Source: Chrysomallon squamiferum
Lineage: Eukaryota; Animalia; Mollusca
Assembly: GCA_012295275.1 (NCBI GenBank)
Contig: CM022676.1
Coordinates: 4,774,001-4,838,000 of the forward strand
DNA: 64,000 bases
Reading direction: 5' to 3'
In this document: one piece after another, positions 12,331-51,573 of the stretch
How positions within the stretch are numbered: position 1 is the stretch's first letter
How the letters are laid out: each line of letters begins with the position of its first letter
Notes under the pieces: model-generated
Told to the model about the DNA's origin: nothing
What the model saw: the letters and a program-made list of their open reading frames with translations, nothing else
The model's database searches: none
Translations under genes and position numbers: made by a program

Positions 12331-15300
12331 TATTGAAAATAACTAAAGAAATAATAAATAAATAAATAATCAGGTTATGTATCCATGTGTAGTTATATGA
12401 AATTATAATACATTTATTGTTTTGCCAAACATTTGTAACATTTTTTGTTATAAGATTATTAATTGATTAATGTATACATGTTTTTGTGTTGGTGTGTGTT
12501 TGTATGTATGTATGTATGTGTAGGTATATGTGTCTATTATGTGTGGATATGAGTGTGTATGTGTGTGTTCGTGTGGGCCATTTTGTTGTTATTCTCTTTT
12601 TTTCGAGACCTGCTGAATTTGTCGTTATACATTTATGAACACAATTTAAAAAAAATATAATACTACAAATATAAATAATAATAATACATCCATACCTAGA
12701 ACCAAAAATAACATATATATATATATGAGCAGAAATCTTCTTCAAATACTCCTTTTCTACCAAAAAGAAAAAAAATGGATATATAATGGATATATTACGA
12801 CAAAATTAGCAAATGGCATCCATGATTCAAACATTCATAACTGGAAAGACCTGAAGAAGTTAAATACCAGCTGAAAATCCTTTTATCCAAAAAGCTCAGA
12901 AAAGTTCCTCAATCCAAATTCTGAAATCTGAAACATTTTCCAATGAACCTTTTCAGTTTTGAGACTGTTAAGCAAAAACAAAATTTATTTTAATGTTCAA
13001 GGTTTTTAAAATTATTTTGCAGGCTATTTATCCAAGTTGTATGCAAAATATAAACAGAATTCATTTTTAAGACTTCAAACCTATTAAAAAGCTATCTCCT
13101 TATATTCTTAAAATCTGAAATGCTTCCATTTCCAAAACAATTTGGATACAAGGATTCCCAACATACATATTTAAAATGCAGTAAATTACAATTTCAAAGC
13201 TTTTCTGTGATAGTACGTATATCACAATATAACTTCATAACATAGTACACAAAATGACCGTCACTATTCCGGCAATTAATAATCCTAAAACGTCACTAAC
13301 CCAAAATAATACAACTTCAAAAATTATTATTACAATTAATCCAGTTGGAATCTTGGTGACCATATTGTTTGTTTATTTTTTCTTTATTTTTTTAAAGACT
13401 CTATGAGCACTGTCATTCATGTATGAAAATAAGAAAAATATATTTGATGCATTCTAATGAATTTGTTGCTGTCATACTTTATTAGTAGTAAATACTATCC
13501 AGCTAGGGAAAAATATATATATATATATATATATAATCGAGATATATTACATTATTTATATTTTATTCCTTGCATCCTCGTGATCTTGTTATTTTCTTAC
13601 TTTATTATTAACAAAGACTGTTTGCCTCAAAAATATAAACAATCACACAAATACTTCAAAGGGTAAAACAGTTCATCCTTTGATTTTAAATTCTGCAACT
13701 TTTAAAATTTGAATGCAGATGTAACAGAATAACAGTACAAAACAAAATTAAAGGTATGTTCACACAATGCAACTTCTTGTAACATACTTGTAATATATTA
13801 CAACCATCTAATATATAACTATTTTTTCTTTAAACTTGGATAAAAAAATAGGCAGACCATGTTTCATAATTTTAAATTATTTGATTCACAGCTTACAATT
13901 GGTAGTACAACATTTTATTATCATCACTTTTTTTTTTTTTTAATCAATATTAATTTTAAGAGTGATTGAAAGTACAAGTTGTTTTGTCTGAACGCAGCTT
14001 AAGATTAATCTCATCAAAATACAGATGGTACAACAAATCACGTAGTGAGAATGCAGCTTTATCTTATTCTCTCTTAAACACTCAAACCCATTTCTCATTC
14101 ACATTACCAAACACAGGCTATGAAAATGTTCAAATGATGTGATATGCTTGTCTACTCAACATGAACTTGGGCCCAAACATAAACTAAACATATATATATA
14201 TATCATAAAAACCATGTGTCCATAGTAGCATTTGAATATTTCAGACTTGAGCTAAACATTCCAGAACTTAGGGACTTCTGATCTTTCAACATTTCAGACA
14301 AATTAATAACCAAGAAATTTAGTAACTCAAACATACAAAGGCTGTTCACCATAACTAACTTAAGATAAGTGGGAAGGGGGGTGCTGAAGTCTGCAATGAT
14401 CTTTCAGTATTTCAGACAGAAAACTAAACAATTTAGAACTTCCAGCCCTCTGGTGTGAAATTGTTTTCAGTATTTAAGATGAACAGCTGAACTTTCTAGA
14501 AAACATACACAGAATCAAGTCTGAAGTGTTTTTCAACATTTCAGACAAACAAAATGACCAAGAATTTAGAAATTTAAGTCTAAAATACATACTTATATAT
14601 ATATATATATATATAGCAAAATGCTTAGCTTGGGAACAGTAGACCTATCTGTCATCTATTAAGAGTGAAAAAATAAAATATATATTTTAGCCGTTACATA
14701 ATTTTTCAAATGTCAAAATTTGCCAAAAATAACACCCATTGTTTCCTCTTTTACATTTTTGTTTCCTTTTTTTCTTAAATGTTTATTTTTTTCCCTTTTA
14801 ATTCTTTTCCTTTGGATTATCTTATTAAAATAAAAATTTTTAGTATGAACCTGAATTTCAGCATTTTGTATCTGAACAACCCTTGTTAACTTTTTAGTTA
14901 ACTGGACCCACAGTTTTTGCCAACCTGACAGTCTGAAGGTAAAGATAATGAAACATTTGTTTTGGTAAATAAACACTGACGTAAACAAACATTTTGCGTT
15001 TTTACACATAAACAAATGACGAGATAATAATATAATTAGGTTTCTGGTCAATTTAATGATTTCTTAAATTTTTTTTTTTTTTTTTTTTTTCTTTGTTCTT
15101 TCATAACATATGTCAACAAATGTTTAATAATTTTAAATGAACAAAAATCATAACAAAGTAAACAAATGTAAACAAAAACAAAACAAAAAAACCATTTTAA
15201 AAAAAAGATCCTTTAACAAAATGCCTCATTTTTTTTCATTCCAGTCTCAAATTGAAATAAGAGTTATCCATTTTGGTTTGTGAAGTTAGAATTATCTTTC

Positions 15301-15446
15301 TTTGTGCGAGAGAGTTATCTTCTCATAAAATACTCGTGATTTCTGGCACACACGCATTTCCATGACAACAGTGAAGTACATTCATACGAGTTTATAATTA
15401 AATAAAAAAAAATATATATAATTTTTTCTTTTAAATATGCTTGTCG

Positions 15447-38232
<22,786 letters not shown>

Positions 38233-38695
38233 TCTGTCAGATTGCTTAGTGGACCTGAAACAAAAATAAATAAAAATAAACAATCAAACAAAAAAACAAC
38301 AACATCCAAACAAACAACTCAAAGGAAATAAAGAAACAAAAATAAATGTTTTAAATGTTATTAAGTGTCAGTGGTAGGAAAAAAAGGAAACTGAAGTCCA
38401 CTGATGATTCTTACAGACTCCCAGCAGCAGCAAAAAAAATCTTTTCATGAACACCTTCCCAATAGCTGGGAAAAAATTTCCTCAATCTTTTAGTTTTTTA
38501 AGGTGGTTGGGGAGGCATTGGTTGGATTGGGAATAAATGCAACAAAGATGTTTGATCTTTTAACCTATCAGTGCTACTGATATATTTTAATTTTTCAAAA
38601 TAATCATTTAATGGACATTTTCCACAAAAGAAATATGAAAATAAAATAAAATAAAATAAAATAAAATAAAATAAAATAAAATAAAATAAGAATAA

Positions 38696-38726
<31 letters not shown>

Positions 38727-39274
38727 TTAATTCATAAACAAAATCGTTGGTGTTGGGTCACTGTCTTTTGGCCTGGACATATGTGCTTTGACCTTGATTA
38801 ATTGTCTCTTACTTTATTATTCAGCTTAGACTGGTTTTACTTGATAAACACAAACAGTAAGAAAAGAAGAAAAAAAACACAAACAACTGGAAAAGCAACA
38901 TTCCCAATCCTATCAGACATTTAAGAAGAGTTGATAAAATTATATTTTTTATTTAAATAAATAAATAAATAAATAAATAAAATACCAATTCAGATCAAAT
39001 GTTAATAATTGTGGTAAATCTACCAACTAGAAAAAAAAAGTTACCCTTCTGATTATAAAATCAAATTAAGCTGCCAGGTGAATGATAATTAGTATCTGGT
39101 TTGCATGATTATCAAAACAATTAAATAATTATTTCAGGGTTCTGATTGTCCTTGATGCACTTTGAATGTGAGGTTCCATGATAAACCTGACAGAGAAAGA
39201 CAGAAATCTTTTCAATGGAAGTTTACACCAGACAGCAAATTCCTTTTAAGAAAAACAGGCTCAGAATAATTTTT

Positions 39275-39317
<43 letters not shown>

Positions 39318-39774
39318 TTAATCCCTATCACAGTTTTAACTATAAAACAACATTTCTAAGTTGAAAATACTTAATGATGAAGAAAGGAAAACACATTTTA
39401 TTTAATGATGCACTCAGTTTTGATCTATTTTTACATGAAAATATTATTTTTGTGAACTTTCCCTTAATATTCTTGATAAAAAAATGAATTTTGTCCAAAG
39501 CTTTTTACTTCCTGGTCTTGAAAGTTGTATCCTTTTAACTCTAAGGTCCTCACTCTGTGTTATGAAAAACATCTATCTTATGCACCTCTCTCTCTGTGTG
39601 TATGTATGTATATGTATATATATATATATATACATACATACATTTTTTTTTTTTTTTTCTTCTTTACAACTGTACAGTCATGTTATTCTCTCAAACAGAT
39701 GGTGAATATCAATTTCACTCTTATCTTGCAATAAACTTCACTGGCAATTTTACACAAACATCAGAGTATTAAAG

Positions 39775-39820
<46 letters not shown>

Positions 39821-40147
39821 TGATTGCATATACATATGCAGTGTCTAAATAACATGTGGATAATAGCTTCCAACTTACACATTTGAACACATTGTACATA
39901 TATGTACATACATAAATATGTATTTATGAACATATATATACATACATATATGCATTATATATGTACATACATAATACATAACACATACATAAAACATACA
40001 TTCTTATAAAAAAATGATTTTGCCTGATAGTGAGTGAGCTTTCTTTTTCTTCTTTTTTTGTTTTTTAAACTAAATGAAGGAAAAGATTATTGAAAAGCAC
40101 CTTCCCAAATAATTAACAATCATCTCCATGACACGAACTCCCATAAC

Positions 40148-40310
40148 ACATTATTATCATCATTACTGTTTGTATCATTATTAATATTAACAACAAGAAT
40201 AATGTTGTTGTTGTTATTCAGTTATAAAAAGTTGGATTTCATGACAAATCACATTACTCCAAGCCTGCTGGAGAAACTGCTACCAGAAAACAGAAACAGT
40301 TCATCTGTAA
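40148..40310 (+). pseudogene. Duplicated fragment of AAR2 coding exon 4 with its acceptor, inside HYOU1 intron 1
   Basis: Copy: ttgttgttattcag TTATAAAAAGTTGGATTTCATGACAAATCACATTACTCCAAGCCTGCTGGAGAAACTGCTACCAGAAAACAGAAACAGTTCATCTGTAA. AAR2 45033-45135: ttgttgttattcag TTACAAAAAGTGGATTTCCATGACAAATCACATTACTCCCAGTCTGTTGGAGAAATTATTACCAGAAAACAGAAAAATTTCCTCTGTAA. Confidence 0.92.
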
Positions 40311-41374
40311 TAATAAATCAGAGGCACTTTGTTAGCTAGAGTAGAAAACTATAATGTTGTATCAGAAGCACCACTGATCTAGCAACCATTCAAACCACCA
40401 TTGCACTATATATATATATATATATATTCAAAAAATGATATATATATATATATACACACGTTCTTTTGCCATTAAAATTGTCAAAAAAAAAATACTTTCT
40501 TTCTTTCCTTTTTTTCTTCTTCTTCACTCTTTGAACAGTCAGAAATATGTAATGATTAACATCATTAATAGATTTTTAAAAAATAGTAATAATAATAACA
40601 AAAAAAACAAGAAAATACTGCACAGATTGTGTAAATGAATTATTCAAATATTAATAAAAGAAAAAAAAAATTAAAATATGCACACTTCATTCCTATTTAT
40701 GCATACTAATATAGATTGTTTGTGTGAATGTGTAGTTTTGAGCAAGTGTTTAAATATAACTGTATGCTCCAAGTACAATATTTATTATTAAAAAAAACCC
40801 TTAATCACTGAAGAAAAATACATATATATTTTACTACTCCTGTTATATATTAATGCAAAAATTAACAACTGTGTCTGCTTCAGATGATTCAAGTTATTTT
40901 TGTTTTATTGCTTTATTACAGAATTCATTAGTAAATACTATTATTTACAGCAGACATAAATGAATACACACATACATTTCTTCAGTTAACTTGCTAATTA
41001 CAAGTACTTAAATATTAAATTACATCTGATTAAAGATAAATTAATTAATTTCATTTTGAATATTTTGCTTATAAAATCTTCAACATTGATCAGTGGTTAT
41101 CTGTTTTATAACAGGTTTCCAATGAATTTTTTTTTTTTAACAGATGTATTAATTTATTTATTATTATGTTTTTATTTTATTTTAATTACTGAAGGCTCTT
41201 GGCAAAAAAGCACTTCAATCAGGAAATGAATTATTGATTATAAATGATTATTTAATATCACCTTTTTGTATTAACCTTTAGCAGTCAGATATGTGCTTTT
41301 AATTACATATACATGTGGACATTTTTAGATTCAATCTGGCCTCACTTGGTAAGACTATCAATTAGAATTAAAGA

Positions 41375-41486
<112 letters not shown>

Positions 41487-41985
41487 AAACCAAACAATTT
41501 GTTTTTGCTGATTAAACAAATATTATTATATCTTTCTGTTTAACTTCAGCAATCTGAACCTCTAGCAAAAAGAATACGAGTAACTAACACAATTACGACA
41601 ATAAATGCTTAATTTACCAAAATCAATATCTGTGATGATCATGAATCCCGACATGTTGCTTAATTAAATATGTATCGACGCTATTGTTTAATAAAATTAT
41701 AATAGAAATAAATCAAATGATTTTTTAATATAAATTACTTAATAATGAATTAGCCAGTATAAATGTTACATTTTCGCAGTAAATCAATATTGCAATCACT
41801 GCTTCATCTCAGCATGTGTCCATTAAATTGTAATTCGTAATTCGTTATCAAAGTTTATTTCCAGTTGGTTTTCAGTTTCTACATTTTTATACTACACGTG
41901 GTTAAGTTGGAAGATGGTAAAAACGTAAACAAATCTGAATGAACAAAAATCTAACTACCATAAAATTAAAATATTTAACACTTAC

Positions 41986-42090
41986 CAGACGCAATGTCAG
42001 CGATTTAAACTGTTGAAAATATTCAATTAGTAGACGAGTTATAATAATTATTATTTTTGTATTGAAGCAACATGCAATCAGCCGGTAGAA
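41986..42090 (-). other. HYOU1: Probable non-coding first exon of HYOU1 (TSS approximate)
   Basis: Consensus donor CTG|gtaagt on the minus strand at 41985-41980, just downstream of an ERSE. The ATG-containing exon (38254-38166) begins at an acceptor, so an upstream exon is required. Confidence 0.6.
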
Positions 42091-42107
42091 TTGACACACT
42101 GTGTGAA

Positions 42108-42126
42108 TGTGGCCCTTTTTGATTGG
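42108..42126 (-). promoter_or_regulatory. ER stress response element (ERSE), CCAAT-N9-CCACA
   Basis: Minus strand reads CCAAT CAAAAAGGG CCACA, with an exact 9-nt spacer and one mismatch to CCAAT-N9-CCACG. It lies immediately upstream of the inferred first exon of a known UPR target gene. Confidence 0.8.
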
Positions 42127-43291
42127 TTTTTCTAGCAACTTCCTTTTAGTTCAACACGTACACATCCGGTTTTGTAGTTTATTGTACATTGATAACCGAG
42201 ACCCGTAGCTTCAGTAGAAACATTATAGGAAAACAAACTTCCCAGTATCTTGATCGCAGCTATATCGATTGAGAATTTTTTTAATGATGTAATTTTGCCC
42301 TGTCCTGTAGTTTTGTTCGAAAGGACTTACTAATTAATAAGATTTATTAGTGTTACTGTATTGTGTTTTTGCTGAGAGATAAAGAATGTAAATTTAGTGT
42401 CAGATTCATCATTGTGCCTCTTCTGTATCTCACTATCTGTGTATCACTTGTATGCATCTTGTTATTTCTTTAAATATAGATAGATAGACAGACAGATAGA
42501 TAGATATTTGTTTTGTATATACTTTATTTATTCTTCATTCGATGAAACATATATTGTGTTAGATAAGTTTTATTAACTTATTTTTTAAAACTTATTTAGT
42601 TGAAATTTTAATCCTGATATTCTTGCCAGAGTGCACCCTTAGTCTAGCGTACGTGTACCTAATGCTACATTACCAACTGGTTTAAAGTCCCGTTCTGATT
42701 ATTCGATAAGCGTAACAAAATTATAAATGTTTGTGGTAAACTGTTCGTAGCGAAAGCGTTTCCTTTTACAAGGTCTTGAAGTTGTTGTTTTTTATTTGGC
42801 ATGCGTATTTATTTTTATTTAGAGATTAGATAATACTCATTATGAATATGAAAAAAAAAAAAAAAAAAAGTAATTATTACTGGGCTAATCATAACCGATA
42901 CCGAAAGATGTTAAAATGTTAAGTTTTGATTCAAAGAGTCGTCATAAAATGATTGAGTAATACTTAAGCACATGCAGAAACACGCACACACACACATTGT
43001 TAAATAAATACGGTTTAATCAGAACATAAACAACAAAAACAAAAAAATAAAAACAGAAGGCAATTCCAGTATTAAACATTTGGAATTTAAAATGATAATT
43101 TATATATCAAAAACAATCTGTATTTTTTTGTAAGTTATTTTGTTAATGTTTTCGTTATTATTCAAATGCATGTTTTTATTTCAGTAAAGGTTGACAAAAA
43201 CAGTGTAATACATTTTTACATGTGTGTGTATGATTGGGTTTTTTTAATTATTATTTTATTTCGATTTTTAATATAGATTGTACATTAAATC

Positions 43292-46109
<2,818 letters not shown>

Positions 46110-49100
46110 TTAAAATAGAATTTATATATTTTCTTTGTCTTTTTTTTTTTTTTTTAAACTTGTGTGTTTGAATGCAAAGATTTGTGTGTCTGTTTGTTTG
46201 GTTAGAGGGATATGTGGTATCTATATAAATCTGACTAGAAAATCATGTACGTAAATCTATTTTATCAATATGATTTTAAAAATAATACTGAAAATAGAAA
46301 AACAAAAAATGTATGTTTATCACTGTTATTAATTCTTCATCATAACTGTAACATTATTTTTGTCCATTTTTTTATTAAAATCATCACTGTTCCAGTCTAT
46401 TTGTTATTTTTATCTCTAACCGATTAATATCTATAACATTCATTGTTATTATCATTATCATTATTATGATTACATATTGTTCATTTATCATCATTATCAC
46501 AATGTCAAGATACAATCTTTTTTTTCTCCTTTATTTTAAATAACAAAAAACAACTATTAACACTCTACATATTATTTCTTTTGAAAAAAAAAAAATACTG
46601 ACTGAAAATTCAAAGTTCTATAAATATTTTCTACATCTTTTGTAAGAAACAGAAAAACTGCAAACAGAAGCAGCAACATAAAATACAACATGTTACACAT
46701 CTGTATCATCCTGAATGAAAAATGTATTCATGCTTAGTCTCTGTCTTACCCGTATGGTTAGTTATCAAGAGTCTCTTTGACTCTTGTCTACCGATATTTG
46801 GAGGTCATTTTGTAATTCTTAATTGTCGTTTTAAATAGCCTTTTTTTTTTTCTTTCTTTTTTAAATATATCCTTGTATGAATATCAACTCTATGTATGTG
46901 CACATCTAAAAAAGTGAGTTTTCTGACAAGATTTATTAAAACTTTTTCTTCAGCAGAAGCAAGCATGAATGAAATATGTCACTGTGTTTAAAAAATCTTT
47001 GCGTCATCCTATGCATTTTGTATCTCATTTACAAACAAGCATGATGAGGAAACACTGAGTGTTTTGTCTGAACAAACAAAACAACACTTTTGACCAGCTG
47101 GTCAACTACTGCATATTATTTATTTAAGAAAAATTCACATACATTATTCGTTATTTTTATTTAGCTTGGCTGATATCACAGAAAATAACAAGTGTATTTA
47201 TACATTTTCTTAGTTTTATATTCTCGTCTTAAATTCTTTTAATTTGATTAAAAAGTACAAGTGAGTCATCAATAGCTACATAATAACAATAATTAAATAA
47301 TAAACATATTTTTTTCTGATATAATCATCTGTTGTATATAAAAAATCATCAACAATACTATATATATATGTTGACCATGAGCTTTATTTCATTTTATTGG
47401 TGGTCCTTTGGTACCAGTCTAATAATCCTGAACTGATCCATATATTAGAGCAAAACATCAAAATATTAAAATCTGCCAATTCACAAACTAATTGTTGGTC
47501 CAGTTTCATGTTATTTTACTGTCTAAATATATATATATTTTTTTGTTCTTATTACTAATAAATAAAGCTATAAACAATGATCATTAACTCACAGCCAACA
47601 GAAAATGAAAGATTCAGGGCAAAATATGAAATGTTATATTTGCCACATCACAATTCAAATGTTATTCCAATATCTTTTTTCATATGTAAGCATGATTATA
47701 TATTAATTGAATATAAAAATACATCCATCGCTTTGACGATAAAACAGAAAAGTCAGTGGTTTATTGAAACATGCAAAAAGATGTGTTATATTTTGCCCTG
47801 AAATCTTTGAAATAAGTAGATCGACATTTTATGGAAATGGATCTCATAATTAGACCATGTCTCTGCCAATCCAAATTCTTTATAAAACGAAAAAATAAAG
47901 AAAATGAATTATTGAGACTGGACAGGTCATTTTTACATAGCTTGAGTCATTATTATTATTATTTTAGTATAATAATAATAATAATTACAATTACAATAAA
48001 AACAAATAATAATAAATAAGGAAGTAAATAAATAGAAGTATAAATGGGAAATTTTAAAAATAAGTGACTGAATATATAATTTTTTAAATCTAGTGTATAA
48101 AAAAATAAGTTACAAGAGTAATTAAAATAGTTTCATAAATATATATATATATAATTTCATTAACTGATGAAATCGTTACTTAATATTGGAATATTTTCTA
48201 GTATATCAACATACATAAGTGTATGTGTGTGTGTGTGTTTGTGTGTTAAATAATATTGACAGCTTTTATAATTTTATAGAGATAAACCCCAACCATTAAA
48301 CAAAACAAAAAATATATTAAAAATTCTTTCCATGCAACAGTAGAAAAAATACATAACCAGAATACATAATTTACAGATGTTTAAATGTATTGTTACAAAC
48401 AAGATAAATCAGTATCATTATTACTGTATTTGTAAGATAATTTTATATCACTGTAGTCCTGAAAGTTCTTACTGTATTTGCAAAAAAAAAAAAAAAAAAA
48501 TTAAAAAACTTTAAAAATGTGACTGTAAAAACATAAAAAAGGCTCCTGTGCATTTTAAGTAACCAGTCTTTGTTAATAATAAAGTATGATACAGTAACAA
48601 TTCTGAAATAATTACAAGCTGTTATTTTGTTTTATATTTCTTTTATGTATGTGTGGTTATAGAGAAATTTATGTTAGACACAGGCACTTTTGTTTAGATA
48701 AATAAATTAAAAAGGCACTTATAATAATGTTAGAAATATAATAAAAACATTTTTAAAAGTCAGAGAGTATTGTATTCACACCTTTTTGTACATAAAAATT
48801 AAAATTAAAACAAATGACATACCTGAGGATATTAATAAAGGCTGTCATTTTCACACCTTTTATACAAATAAATTTCAAAAAGAACCATTAGAAAATTAAA
48901 ATTAAAACTACAAGAAGAAAAAATAGAACTGATGGATATAATAATTTACTTAGGTTTATTTATCTATATAAAGAAATGTACATATGATTGTATTTATCAC
49001 ATTTATATTCCTGCCGTATCTGTAAATTTAATAGTATTTATTGCATACTTGTGAATAAAATGTACATAAAATATTTGTTATGCAGTAAACTACTGTTTAC

Positions 49101-49665
49101 ATTTTCAATGCCTGTTTCAGTTTTAAAATGACATTAACACATGTTGTTTATAAATATACTTGTAAAAATATTCAAAATAGAAATCTGACTGAAAAACGAT
49201 TTGGTATTATAATAGTTATTAACAATGATGTTCGTATCTGATGAAGTTACTTACATTATTAGGGTTATTTTCAAAATCTTGGGCATATCCATTTAAAAAT
49301 CGTCACACGCATACACACACAGACAAAGACGGTGAGACAGAGAATTTCTTTTTTGTGCAGAATTTATTCTAAATCAAATTATTTCTAGTTAAAAAATAAT
49401 AATAATAAATAAATAAATTAAAAAATCTTGATTTTAATTTACCGCAATGAATTACTTAAATCCAATCCTTGATCAGTAAAGAGTCATCACCCTTTATAAA
49501 GTAAATTTTACGTCATTGAAAATCATATTAACAACATTATTATTAATTAATTAAAGAACTTGTGAAACAATTTAATTCATCAGCACCAGGCTGTATTTTA
49601 TTATAATTTGACCAAAAAATATTCACAAAGTCATTAATATATGACAACAGAAAATCTAATTTACC

Positions 49666-49716
<51 letters not shown>

Positions 49717-50176
49717 TTTTTTTTTTTTTTAAGAAGAAAAGAAAAAAGGAAGAAAGAATTAAACAAATAATTCATTAAGTACCGCGAAAAAAACATACTT
49801 AAACGCCGCCATTTTAAGATTATAAAACGTGGTATTGACTGGTTCACAGGTATCTTTAATATGTAGTTTTTAATAGTTGTAATTATAACGGGCATCATTA
49901 TTACGTACATAGTGTAAGATAAACTGCACTTAGTAACATTCCGCCAGATGTTACTTTCAACGATGATGACTCTATAATAAATGAATAAATAATTAAAACA
50001 AAAAGCAATAAATCAGATAATGACGTAATACGGAATCGACTGGTTTAGTGTCTAACTTATGCAGACATTTTATTAATGTAATTTGTAATATTTATAAACG
50101 TAGAGTGATATATCAGACGAAAAAGTTATTGATTAAGGTAATCTAGTGCAATTTTTTTTTCAAAAGAAACTAACTA

Positions 50177-50207
<31 letters not shown>

Positions 50208-50511
50208 TTACAAATTATGTTTTTTGTTAACAAATCAGTGCAGCGCTTCCACCATAATAATATTAAAATCAGAAAAAGTAACAAAACATAAATATATATA
50301 TATGTATATTTAATAAAATGATTATATTATCCAAATTTTTTTTATTATATTATATTATATGTGTAATTATATACATTGCTCTTTGAGGCAAGATTTAGCC
50401 ACAAAAACACCAGTTTTTGTTAGTGCTGATTTAAAGTATCTTGTTGTTTATTTATTTTATACTTTGTCTTGAGCATGTTTTTGTTTATTTATGCAATAGC
50501 ATGAGTATATG

Positions 50512-50605
<94 letters not shown>

Positions 50606-50765
50606 CTCCTACACCGTTAATCGGGAGAGAGTGTTTAGAAAATTCTTTCTATACCATTAACCTCAATACACGCTGTTGAAAGCTCTTAAGAAAATTTTCT
50701 CTTCAGCAGCGGGGGCTGCCATAACCAGAATTAATTCACCAGTGTTCCTTTTTTTTTCTTTTTTT

Positions 50766-50803
<38 letters not shown>

Positions 50804-51217
50804 CTTCTTCTGTTCTCCAGATTGAACTTATCGTTTTCCAATCGACCAAACTATCGTCAATTATCGATTCATCAAACAATCGGTCGTTAAATCGATAACG
50901 CCATTTATTGGCAGACAAAAAGGGGAAGAATACCGATTTATTTATTTTAATTAAGTCGTTGTTTAATGCGACAACATGATATATTTAACCACACTCCGCT
51001 TCCATCCCCCTTTTTCTACAATTCTGGCTGATATTTTTGTTTCCGTGGGCAATAATAATAAAAAAATAAAAATAAAAAAAAATGTGTGTGTTTTACAATA
51101 CCCACATTTTCGAAAATATTTATTACATTCCGTATGCACGTCTGCGAAAAAAGCATTGGGTGCAGTGAAGAAGAGATAAAGAAAATAAAGAATTAAAAAA
51201 AAAAAAAAAAAATTAAT

Positions 51218-51265
<48 letters not shown>

Positions 51266-51573
51266 TAATAATAATAATAAAATGAATAAATAATAATAAT
51301 AATAAATAAATAAATAAATAGAAAAGTTGTTATCCTCGTAATTGCAATGTGGTGCCACCCAAACCTAAACAAAGGGTTACCACAACTCTTACAAGGCAAA
51401 TATTATTTATATCTATATATATATATACACATCAGTGCAACTGATGTTACAGATTCAGAATTTTGCACCCTTCACATGAATCTTTTTTTCTTTCATTTTT
51501 CTTTAAAAAAAAAAAAAAAAAAATTAAAAAAAATTAAATATTTTTTTTAACCCTGCACATCATACTGAATCTT

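Noticed and set aside
38415-38580. Possible decayed SINE (also ~39380-39430 and ~56660-56720)
   Set aside because: The resemblance to gastropod SINE-like repeats is vague and from memory; I could not verify A/B boxes, target-site duplications or a second clear copy.
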